This document shows, one piece after another, positions 1 through 10,259 of a stretch of DNA of 64,000 nt (position 1 is the stretch's first letter; each line of letters opens with the position of its first letter). The notes beneath the pieces are model-generated. The model was given only the letters and a program-made list of their open reading frames with translations, made no database searches and was not told the DNA's origin. Both the position numbers and the translations under genes were made by a program. Source of the DNA: Neoechinorhynchus agilis (lineage: Eukaryota; Animalia; Acanthocephala); assembly GCA_051530055.1 (NCBI GenBank), contig CM121341.1, positions 1,824,711 through 1,888,710 of the forward strand, in the 5' to 3' direction.

Positions 1-765
1 GGCGTTGTTTATCTTTAATAAGACGTTTTATTTTGCTAAAGAAGAGGAACCATGTATCTCTGGGTTCTCGTTAACACCTGAACTAGTGAACACTCGAGTA
101 TTGACAGGATGAATGAATGTGATTGTCAACTTTGGAATGGATGACGGATCCGGAATTGGATCGTGCATCTCTCTTTGCGAGCTATTTTGAGATACTGTGT
201 TTTCTTGGGGTTCATTCTAAAACCGAATGGTGCCAGTCGATCAGTTCATACTTGGAAGAAGTCGTTTAAAGCCTATTTTGTCAAAAAATTATCAGCTGAG
301 TAATTAGACACTGATCGAAAATTATTCCAACAATACAACTAAAATGTTCCCCTTATAAAAGATATTCTTACTCACTTGAGATAATTAATTAGCTACAAAA
401 ATGCGGGTTTATGTTCTTTTCTAAACGTTTTATTTCTCGTAAAAGTATCCCAAGAAACCATTCTTTGTGAAAAACTTATATGCTATTTGAATCCTAATTT
501 GAATTTTTTATTAAATTTATTCAATGTTCTCACAAAAGTCCATTCAGTCGCTCCACATCAACATTCGAAACAAAAAAAAATAGTTTTAATTTGTGTATTT
601 AGAATATGTTCATTTCAACAACAACAACAACTATTATTGTAAATTACAAATATTTTGAGCTCATTTGCAGAACATTTCGACCCGTTCAAAAATGACTGAC
701 GTAAACTAAAATCTATAATAGAGAGTGTCATTACCATCAAGTCTCATTGCCTTTTTTACCACCAA

Positions 766-2103
766 ATGAATCCGAATAGCATTCCGCCTTTTCAACCTCC
801 ATACTTACCACCGGCTCCGTATGCGGATTTATACAATGCGCAAATCAGAAGACATTTACAATTCACGACAGTTTTCAATCAGCCTGAAATGATGCTTCCT
901 CATCCGATGTTGCAAATGTACCAAGGACCCACGGCGCCCTTCATGAATTCATATTCTGGAACGATGATGGGTTTACCCAATTTGTACCAAGTCCCTTACA
1001 TTTTGACTCCGTGGCAGGAATACCCGCGGGCGAATTATAGTAGAAATTATAAGGTAGTAGATCGTCCGGGACACGGACCTTACATTTTACAAGGTATAAT
1101 TTAATCGAGTATTAAAAGATTTAATGGATTAATTTATTAAGGTTTAAATACTAGGCACCATGCGACAACTCCTGGTCAAGTTGATAATTTGATTACGATT
1201 GATAAGACTGACGATGTAGCAATTCAAAGCGAAGCAGATAAGAAGACCAACGAAGATGATGCTAAGGAAGCTAAAAAAGGAGATACGGAGCTTGCGATCT
1301 CCGCTGTCGCGAGTGCTCCACCGGCCCCGGCACAACCGAATGCTAAACAAGCCCAGGGAACCCCGCGTGTAGGTCCACATCCACTCTATCTCGAAATGCT
1401 GGAAAGGGAACGCAATTCGGGACAACAAAAAACCGATGTTTTTAATAGGCCAAGCAGAAGGCAGCGTGTACAAGTTCCTAATATTCCAGTGCCACCAATG
1501 GTTACGCCAGGAATTAGTAGACCGGACAGATTCCATAGATCGGCGGTACATTCAACAGGAAATGCTACTAGGGATTTTAGACGAGAGATCAGGACGGATT
1601 CTGCATTTAGAGAGTTACAAAAAGAGCATTTTAATCTAAAAAACCAAGTAAATACCCTAAAAAGAGAGATCGCAGAAATTAAAGCGCTTAAAAAGGATAC
1701 GGATTCAAATGTGATAACGAAGGAGATTCCTAGAGTTACTGGGAAGCAAGGGACAATGATCACCACACCCCAACATCCAAGGCAACAGAACTGGATTGGG
1801 CCACCGATCCGAAGATCGTATGTCATAGAGCAACCACGTAATGTTATAATGCAACCGCATTTACCAAACGTCTATTGCGGTCCACGACCGGGCTGTTTTT
1901 TAAACCCGCAGGAGCTAAACATGATAATGTCAGCTCACCACTTGCCGAACATTCCAGTTATGGAGCAGTACGTGTCGGAAACGCAAGTTGATCTATTGAA
2001 ACCCCCGAATTCTCCGGATAAGGCAGGAAATAAAGAGAACGCTGCAAAGGCCGAGAAGGATCCCGAAGAGAAGACCAAGGTTGAGAACAATGCTAACCTC
2101 TAG
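766..2103 (+). CDS. Hypothetical Pro/Gln-rich protein with a central coiled coil; probable two exons join(766..1093,1142..2103), about 429 aa
   Basis: ORFs 766..1104 and 1189..2103 join in frame through a 48-nt GT..AG intron (1094..1141), the size class of the METTL15 introns. Heptad L-x6-L-x6-L-x6-I in LQKEHFNLKNQVNTLKREIAEI. No family recognised. Confidence 0.45.
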
Positions 2104-2939
2104 GTTCGCATTATAGATAGAATACTAGACGATTAGAATGAATATTTAACCCATTAGCTATCAGTAAATCATATTTATCCTCATAAAGACTTGCTTCGGT
2201 TACTATTTAACTCTTTGAATAATCAGAGAGCTTAGGTCAGAATTCCGAAAGTAAAGATTCGCTACAAAAATACAATCAGCCCAAATCATCTTATCAATTA
2301 TTTAGACTCATAATTTTACATTTTCAAATTTTAAAAATGAGCCATAGAAACAAACTGAGAGTTGCCTAGTTAATTATTGTTTTTTATTCAAAGTTTAAAA
2401 ATCAAAATGGTGAAAAGTGAAGATTTCTTCCAAAAATACAATCACCACCAATCACTTTTCAAAATAATAGATTCGTTATATTTTAATTGTCAATATAAAC
2501 ATTCGGCGTTTCGGAACTAACTATTTAAAAAGTAAGAACTCAAACCAGAATTATAAAAAATAGAAATCAAACGTAAACCCAGCTTCACTTCGAATCGCTG
2601 ACTGATGAGAGGAAAAGCAAAAGATTGCTTAAACGGCAAAAGGATAGGGACGAGTGAATAGAAGACTTAATTTCCTATTTATTCCGAACATTGTGATTTT
2701 TGACTAATTTTGTAAACCTCAATTTAACCGTACAAACTAGATTCATTACATTGATCGGCAGAAATACCGTCAAAAGCCTTCCACCATTAATCACATTTTG
2801 ATAGTAGTAAAAGGTGAAAATATATTATGTGTCGAAGTGTGGCCTATTCCATACCTGATAATTTTCCTTGGATACACAGCCTACCGATATGACTCAAGGA
2901 AGCGCCCCACCCAAGTATCAATTAAAAAAATGGATCAAT

Positions 2940-3150
2940 CATGTGGCTGGAAAATCAGGTAGTATTTGACAAAAAGCACATAAAATCACTAAATACATTA
3001 AACCAAACGATTATGAGTTTATACTTAAACTCCCAATCCATGTTTCAGAGTCAAGGAGTTAAAATCCACGGACCGATGAAGGGAAGTGGAAACTAACTGA
3101 TGTGTCCCATCTTCTGGAGGTATATGAGAATCCGGATGGAGGGCATTGAG
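2940..3150 (+). repeat. Dispersed repeat, diverged inverted homolog of 47935..48230; possible Gypsy RNase H relic
   Basis: Shared blocks with the reverse complement of 47935..48230: cataaaatcac, ttatgagttt, cccatct, gagaatccgga. The 48 kb copy translates to HLLGRDLRIRTD, resembling the Gypsy RNase H motif YLLGRKFTIRTD. Confidence 0.35.
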
Positions 3151-3504
3151 CGATGACCAGCGCATCCCCGGTCCAGATCGGTGGGCTATGTGCCAAATAA
3201 ACAACTACAAGCCATGAAGAAGGCCAGACGTAGATACAGAATAAATGTAACAGGCTAGCCAGATTTCAAAAGATTAAAATTATAGTTGAATAATTCGGAG
3301 ATGTATATTCTCGTCGATTTTGTAAGCCAAACAAAAAAGATAATAGCAATCCTTTTTAAATTACCTTGGGTACAAATGGCAAGCGATATTTTCCGGGTCA
3401 CAATCCATTGCTTAAAAGCATTCAGGAGGTCGATGCGGTTATTAAACATATTACAGATGATCTTAAAAACGTAATTTCAGGCATCTATGATTTTTCATTG
3501 CGCT

Positions 3505-4337
3505 TTCTTTAGATGATTTCCCACCTTATTTGGAGTTGTGGTGATCACCATTTCTTGGATAAAACATATTTCGATCCAATAAAATATGTTTTATCCAAGG
3601 GATCAAAATAACCACATCTCCAACTCTATCATCCCCAAGGATTTTCTCTAGATGATTTTCGTCGTTACTATGAGTTGTAGCGATCATCATTTCTCGGATA
3701 TAACATATTTCGATCCAATAAAATATGTTTTATCCAAGGGATCAAAATAACCACATCTCCAACTCTATCATCCCCAAGGATTTTCTCTAGATGATTTTCG
3801 TCGTTACTATGAGTTGTAGCGATCATCATTTCTCGGATATAACATATTTCGATCCAATAAAATATGTTTTATCCAAGGGATCAAAATAACCACATCTCCA
3901 ACTCTATCATCCCCAAGGATTTTCTCTAGATGATTTTCGTCGTTACTATGAGTTGTAGCGATCATCATTTCTCGGATATAACATATTTCGATCCAATAAA
4001 ATATGTTTTATCCAAGGGATCAAAATAACCGCATCTCCAACTCTGTCATCCCCGAGGATTTTCTCTAGATGATTTTCGTCGTTACTATGAGTTGTGGTGA
4101 TCATCATTTTTCGGATAAAACACATTTCGATCCAATAAAATATGTCTTATTCAAGGGATCAAAATAACCGCATCTCCAACTCTGTCATCCCCGAGGATTT
4201 TCTCTAGATGATTTTCGTCGTTACTATGAGTTGTGGTGATCATCATTTTTCGGATAAAACACATTTCGATCCAATAAAATATGTCTTATTCAAGGGATCA
4301 AAATAACCACATCTCCAACTCAATCATCCCCAAGGAT
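3505..4337. repeat. Tandem array of about 6 x 139-bp units (family A) with internal inverted repeats
   Basis: gatccaata recurs at 3573, 3712, 3851, 3990, 4129, 4268 (period 139). Each unit has ggataaaacatatt / aatatgttttatcc. Confidence 0.95.
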
Positions 4338-4339
4338 CC

Positions 4340-4483
4340 TTATTGTTTAGGTCGCTTGTCGACATTCGAGGGAGAACGCGTTAAAGACGAATGTATTTTT
4401 CGGCTGATTGAATCCTAGAAATTGGGAATTCAATTGCTTGTAGGTCTCCCTTGAGTGTCGTTGACAAGCAACCTAAACAATAA
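4340..4483. repeat. Fold-back element with arms of about 36-39 bp
   Basis: ttattgtttaggtcgcttgtcgacattcgagggaga (4340..4375) is the inverse of tctcccttgagtgtcgttgacaagcaacctaaacaataa (4445..4483), with a few mismatches. A related copy lies at 55150..55245. Confidence 0.85.
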
Positions 4484-5061
4484 CATATCCCTAACCACCC
4501 AAATGCAATCTTCAACATATTTCGATCCAAATAAATACGTTTTATCCGGGAGGATTATGTTCATAACACATTTAAATCAATCATTCTGAAGAATTTTTTC
4601 GTGATCCTAAGTGGAAATTACAATCCTCTTCGGATTTTTATAATGTTGCAACGAAAGACAAAGCCAAGAATTTAATTGTATAAATCGACTCAGGAAATCT
4701 GGATGACGTCACAATAAGTTTCGTGCATTTCGTTACGAATGCGCCACTCACTTTATTGCAATGAAATACTCGCTTTTGTAAAATGTCTTAGTAAAATCTT
4801 AAATGTCTTTGACATATTTGGTTATTATATGCCATTTTGGTTGCAATATTTCGTTTAATTTCTTTAATCTTACTTCTGGCATTTGCTGAGGTTCGGTTTT
4901 CGGGGTTTTAGGCCAACTAAAACTCCTTAAATAGGACAAAAAATGGCTGACGTAAGCTTAGAGGCAAATCTTATTTAGACCTCCTTCGACTTTATAATTG
5001 AAACTGACTTTATGCGAATTTCTAAAACCGATTTGTTAGAAGAAATTAAGTTAAATTTGAT

Positions 5062-5181
5062 ATTATTGTTTAGAAGTCTACAGCCGCGGGAAATGATTAT
5101 TTCGATTAAAACGTTTAATAGACGCTGGTTCGCAGAATCGAAATAATCATTTCCCGCGGCTGTAGACTTCTAAACAATAAT
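5062..5181. repeat. Fold-back element with perfect arms of about 46 bp
   Basis: attattgtttagaagtctacagccgcgggaaatgattatttcgatt and its exact reverse complement, about 29 nt apart. Confidence 0.92.
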
Positions 5182-5426
5182 TCCTACCTCACATATCGAC
5201 ATTTTTAGCTTAGATTTAATCTTGATTTTTAAAAAGTGATAGAAGTGACGGAATTATTTATTTAAAATTGATCTCTACCCCGTGTAACGGTCTAATTTTT
5301 TATAATGTTGATTTTATTGTAGTTTGCATAGTTTCCCATCTTTATGCTTCCCACAAGTATTTCTTATTCACGGAAATCAGGAGTATTCTTGAAATTATAA
5401 AACCTTTTCCTTAATATTTTCTCAAG

Positions 5427-7115
5427 ATGGATGGCCGAGCATCTCATTTGCTAGACCACCAACAGCAAGATAACGACATTATTGTCGACGACAGTGAAAG
5501 TCTTTTCCACCAATACTTTGGCGGAAATTCCACTCACGAGTCCTTGCCAGTTAATCAAGCACCACCAGCTCCCACACCGCCAATATACACCGTTAACGAC
5601 GATGAAGAAGTGCGTTTTGTTGCTTGTGGGAAATCCGAACTGCCACCTAAACGTCCCCGAAGGAGCGAACTTCGCTCAATACCTCAGACCTGCGATGCAT
5701 CGACTTCTCAAGCATTTTTTGGAGTAACAAAAGCAAGACACGAGATGGTAGTAAATCGAATGTGTGACATGCTACGTGACAATCAACAATTTTCCCAAAT
5801 CGAAGCTCGAAACTTTCAAAAACTTTGCCAAAAACGCGAAGCAATTCTCCAAGAAGCACCGGAGCATCTTCGTCCTGTTTTGATGGAAAGCGAACCTGCA
5901 TTGCTTCGAGAATATCTCCGATCCAAGGGAAATCAACCAACACGGATAATCAACCGCTCGTTTTCCGATCAATATATACCAACCACACTTCCGTCGCGAA
6001 CTCCTAGTGAGCTAAATGTTCAAATGCTGCAAGCAAGAGGCATCTATCCGCCTGTCCTAGAGCCAAACCATGAACATGAATTAAGACGGCTTGCTGATTG
6101 GTACAGACGTGCAAGTGAACAACAGCGAGCTGATTTTAATCATGAGCCAATGAGATATGTTATGAGAACTCGGGAAACCAACTATGGCACAAATGTAAGA
6201 CGATGTAGATCTGTTCAAGTTCCTGTAGGTCAGATGTATCCATCTCAACGTCATTCAGTTCGCTCGGAAACTTCTTCAAGTACTTCTAGCATTTATTATG
6301 CTCAATTGAGTGGTGTGCGAGTTTTGGCGAAACCACTAAACGCTCAATCTACTCCTGTTAAGCAACAAACTTATCCATTTCGACAACCAACCCGCTTTCA
6401 GTCGTCGTCTCCGATTGATATTCGTGTCCCAAGTCAATATCAACGGATGAGCACTGCTTTGTGTAGCAATCAACCTCGACCAATTCGAGAACAGCGTCCA
6501 ACGAATACTGAAACGAATAGTTCTTTGAGTCCTACAACCCACAAAAAGCTCCAATCTTTTGAAGAACTTAATTATTATCTAAGTCATCCTGAGAAAAGGA
6601 CTTCAAAATCAAGTGAAGACACATTGTCCACTCGGCAATCTACGACCAATTCCTCCCTCAATAGCTCTAGTACGAGTGAGTCCACCACGAAATCTGTGGC
6701 TGAAACTCCGGACACGCCTCGACGACACCGATCAATTTATAGTGAGGAATTTATGGAGCGCGTTAAACAGGAAAGTGAGGAAATCATGAGCCAACTTAGG
6801 AATCAAGACTTGGAAGACGAAACGCGTCGCGAGAATGAGGATATCAAGATCATCGGAGTTAATTGCGATCCGTACGAAATTTGGAATAACGTTCCAGAGC
6901 TCCATGATCAAACGTATGATCAATTGTATTTTAAGAATTGCGATTCTCTAGCGGATATTGCTAGGTATAAGTTTTGTGCTGACAATGGGCATCTACCGCA
7001 AGCTGTAAATTCAATGGAAGAGGCTGAGAAACTAATCTATGAAATGAACGCACCACTCGTGGGACGGACGGGGACTCCTGAAATTGACGAAGATGATCCT
7101 TGGAACGTCGATTGA
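5427..7115 (+). CDS. Hypothetical single-exon Ser/Thr/Arg/Gln-rich protein, 562 aa
   Basis: 1.69-kb ATG-initiated ORF, more GC-rich than its flanks, with ctcaag directly before the ATG. No family recognised. Confidence 0.6.
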   Translation: MDGRASHLLDHQQQDNDIIVDDSESLFHQYFGGNSTHESLPVNQAPPAPTPPIYTVNDDEEVRFVACGKSELPPKRPRRSELRSIPQTCDASTSQAFFGVTKARHEMVVNRMCDMLRDNQQFSQIEARNFQKLCQKREAILQEAPEHLRPVLMESEPALLREYLRSKGNQPTRIINRSFSDQYIPTTLPSRTPSELNVQMLQARGIYPPVLEPNHEHELRRLADWYRRASEQQRADFNHEPMRYVMRTRETNYGTNVRRCRSVQVPVGQMYPSQRHSVRSETSSSTSSIYYAQLSGVRVLAKPLNAQSTPVKQQTYPFRQPTRFQSSSPIDIRVPSQYQRMSTALCSNQPRPIREQRPTNTETNSSLSPTTHKKLQSFEELNYYLSHPEKRTSKSSEDTLSTRQSTTNSSLNSSSTSESTTKSVAETPDTPRRHRSIYSEEFMERVKQESEEIMSQLRNQDLEDETRRENEDIKIIGVNCDPYEIWNNVPELHDQTYDQLYFKNCDSLADIARYKFCADNGHLPQAVNSMEEAEKLIYEMNAPLVGRTGTPEIDEDDPWNVD

Positions 7116-7349
7116 TATAAAATTCGTTTAAAAAATCCAAGAAATCTTACAACTAATCGGAATCTTCTTGAATGACTCATTATTGAATTTCTGAACTTAC
7201 TAAGCAAGACAATGTTTTTTAATGCATTTAGCAGTTGTATCTCCAGAGCTAGAATGTGACTTTACTAAATCTTCTTATGTATAAGATAATGGCAGCTACG
7301 ACGCGCATTTCTTTAATTCTCCAAATACAGAAACTCTGGTGATTTGAAA

Positions 7350-8450
7350 AGATTAATTCGACCCTCGACAGCAATTCTGCAATCCGTTCCCCATGTACTC
7401 TTCCTTCCATAGGTACAGAGACAACCGCTCAGTCGTACGACAGTCACTACCCAGGCTCTAGGCAAAACCCCGATCTAGAATTCATCTCAGTCCACTTCTC
7501 AGCTCCTCTAAAGAAGGGTCTTATAGAATTCACAATTGCTGGCCTCTACCGCCCTCCTTTCTCTCGTCCTGAGTCCTCTTTACGTAAACTTGAATCCATG
7601 ATGTAGTCCATAAACCCCGCAAATTAACGCCATTTCTTAAATGCAGGGAACTTTATTTCCTCCGTCGCTCTTCTCCGAGTTGCGTAGGTCTTGACGCTCA
7701 CCTCGATAAAGTGTTCGCAAATATCGACACCTACTCATCCTGTCATCTACCCATCATGCGGGAAAACTGCTAAAGTTATTCCTCTTCCGAAAAATGGACA
7801 CCCGATTTCCATGGAATCATTCCGTCCAATATCCATTCTACCCGCTCTTTCAAAAATCATTGAAAAATGTTTTAAATCTCGCTCTCCACTTCTCAGCAAC
7901 AAATTATCGCCCCTACAATTTGGCTTACAGCCCAAATTTTCTGCAACCGATGCCCTATTTTATATTTTACGGCACGCTGCGACGGAACATCGACAATAAT
8001 GCCACTCGTGTCACCCATCTCATTCGACTGGACTTATCGAAAGCATTCGAATACGTAGACCATCCGATTTCGGTCTAAACGTTTGGCAAATCCGCTGGCT
8101 GGCCTCGTATCACTGTCGGGCTACGTCCTCGATCAGAATATCCCTCACCAAAGGCGTACCTCAAAATGCTGCGCTGTCACCACTTCTTTTTAATATTTTC
8201 TTAAACGACCTCAAACCTCGCTCGTTTCACTCTAAACTTTTTTATATGCCGACGATATCACGCTCATCACTCAATCACCATCCCACCTCTCCTTAACGCC
8301 TAACGAAATCATAAACATAAAAGATTACTGCGCTAATCACAAACTCTGCCTCTCCAATTTCAGTCAAATCTGAAATGTAACTCGCACATTACACTTTTCC
8401 TCAAACGCAGTACCTTTAAAAAATTTCTCCTCAAACGCCTCAGTCATTGT
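7350..8450 (+). mobile_element. Degenerate non-LTR retrotransposon (APE + RT, L2/CR1/Jockey-like) with frameshifts and deletions
   Basis: APE-like TIAGLYRPP near 7532. RT motifs AKVIPLPK, SFRPISILPALSKIIEK, LQFG, LDLSKAF, PQNAALSPLLFNIFLNDL and YADD lie in shifting frames. Confidence 0.85.
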
Positions 8451-8515
8451 AGAGTTCCTTCATCCGTACTCTCTAAATTTTACTACAGCTTTACTTTACC
8501 CTCCCTCTGCTACGG

Positions 8516-8872
8516 TTATCCCATCGTTTGCAACCTTTCCCAGGTGCGATTAAGTTGATGGTGAGCCAGAGGTGCCGATCCACGAGAATTTCTATTTGCA
8601 TAGTTAATTTGATTCGGTCTTGGAACACTCCTGGTTCGGTTTGATCTTTGCTGCGAGTCATGATTTAAATTTTCATTTATAGTGGCATTTGAGCTTATAG
8701 TATTATTTGAGCGCTGTTGCTCATTGTTAATTCTGGCCGGTCGGAAGACGATCCTTTCTGTCCAAGTTCCATCGCTTCGTAGGTAACTAGGAATGTAGTA
8801 TTCCCCAGTTCTTGGATCGATTCTCAATTGGGTCTTTTGTCCGACATTTGCGCAAGATAAAATGATTTGCAA
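8516..8872 (-). CDS. Possible small Asn/Gln/Arg-rich ORF, 118 aa
   Basis: Open frame only; no ATG start (ORF-track start is non-ATG) and no recognised homology. Confidence 0.2.
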   Translation of the reverse strand: MQIILSCANVGQKTQLRIDPRTGEYYIPSYLRSDGTWTERIVFRPARINNEQQRSNNTISSNATINENLNHDSQQRSNRTRSVPRPNQINYANRNSRGSAPLAHHQLNRTWERLQTMG

Positions 8873-9085
8873 AGGTGATCGCGTTTGTTGCCGTTGAATA
8901 GATGTTCGTTTAAGGAAGCGATCAGATCGTTAAATATCAGTAGATTATAGTAATGACCCGATGTAGAAAGTTGAGCTTAAGAACGTTGCTGTTTAGGTCG
9001 TTAGTACGATATACCAAGTTATTGGCGATGTATACAATTCGGGTTCAATGGTACGATAAATAGGCTCCCACAGTGCGTTGCGCGA

Positions 9086-9174
9086 CCAATCAGCGCGATA
9101 TGCTATGCTTTATTCATTTATGTAGCCAATCATAGCACGAGTTAGAGAAGCTGTTCCTTATGTTTCGCTTCCGG
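9086..9174 (+). promoter_or_regulatory. Possible promoter-like element: two CCAAT boxes 40 bp apart and a CTTCCGG motif
   Basis: ccaatca at 9086 and 9126, cttccgg at 9168, in a locally CpG-rich patch. No adjacent gene confirmed. Confidence 0.2.
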
Positions 9175-10205
9175 TGTTAATTAAGCGCTTTGGAATTCGT
9201 CCATGGCCTTTGATGGCATAAATACCCTCTTATGATCAGTTTAAATAAGTTATGCATTCGACATGAGATAAGACTACATGGTTCCAAGAACGAGAAAGGT
9301 GGATATTAAAGAATAATACCGCACTAATTACGAAAAAATTGCAAATGATCGTAGATAAGAATTTTATACGCAGAGTTTTTGGAAAAAAAATAAAAATAAA
9401 CCCTTCTAAACAAAAACTCTTGTAATACGATTTTGGGATATAGTTCTCAACAAGTATCGCCCCTGTCAACACAAAGCTTCTTTTTTGATTGATTCGACTT
9501 CATATAATTCAGTGCTAGAGCTAATTTTGTTGAACCTTACAATGAATGTCTCATGCGAAATGCAATTTTCCTTTACTCAAGTTTCATCTTTGAGATGGCT
9601 GGTTATGATGCTATAAATAATTTGAGAAGCGCGAGAGATACAACAAATTTGTAGATCACAGGGTCTACAAGAGATTTCCCATGCACCGTCCCTCGACGCG
9701 TGCATAGTAACTATCTTTGAGGTTTCTCTTCAAATTATAAGCTATTAACTCTGGACTATCGCTTATGCCGCAATCAAATGAAAATCACATGAAATCGAAA
9801 TTTATTTCAAGTTATCAACAACTCACACGTTTATCTTTGCATGGTCTCTTTCTCTTGACCTTGTAACCATTGGTGTCAATTTGCATGAGCAAATTACCGT
9901 CGAAATTTATTTCAACGTCCTTGAAGCGGCATGATTGATCCTCACGACAAAGTGTCGGTCCAATGACCGTTCATGATTATTTTTGTATCTAAGAATCAAT
10001 TATATTTCGCTCAATGCAACGAAATTCATAAAAACCGATAATTGATTGTCTGTGAGATCATAAGATTTCAAATAATTGCCGCACCTGGAGAGTTTAAAGC
10101 GATGGGCAAGAAAATATCTAAAGTTGTGATTAAATACGTTTGATTTAACGTCGAATAATTGTTTAAAATACATTAAAAGTAGAACGCCATTGTGGTAAGT
10201 TGGTT

Positions 10206-10259
10206 CCACCAAAATCCACTCGATGCTTACATGTCTCTTGATGATTAGAGATTGCCGAC
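10206..10259 (-). mobile_element. 54-bp fragment of a Penelope-like GIY-YIG coding sequence at the left edge of the satellite
   Basis: Identical to 31101..31154, which encodes part of SAISNHQETCKHRVDFGG on the minus strand. Confidence 0.85.

Noticed and set aside
3505-4337. CRISPR-like appearance of palindromic repeats (also 32-34 kb and 43 kb)
   Set aside because: No unique spacers, units are contiguous, no cas genes, eukaryotic context
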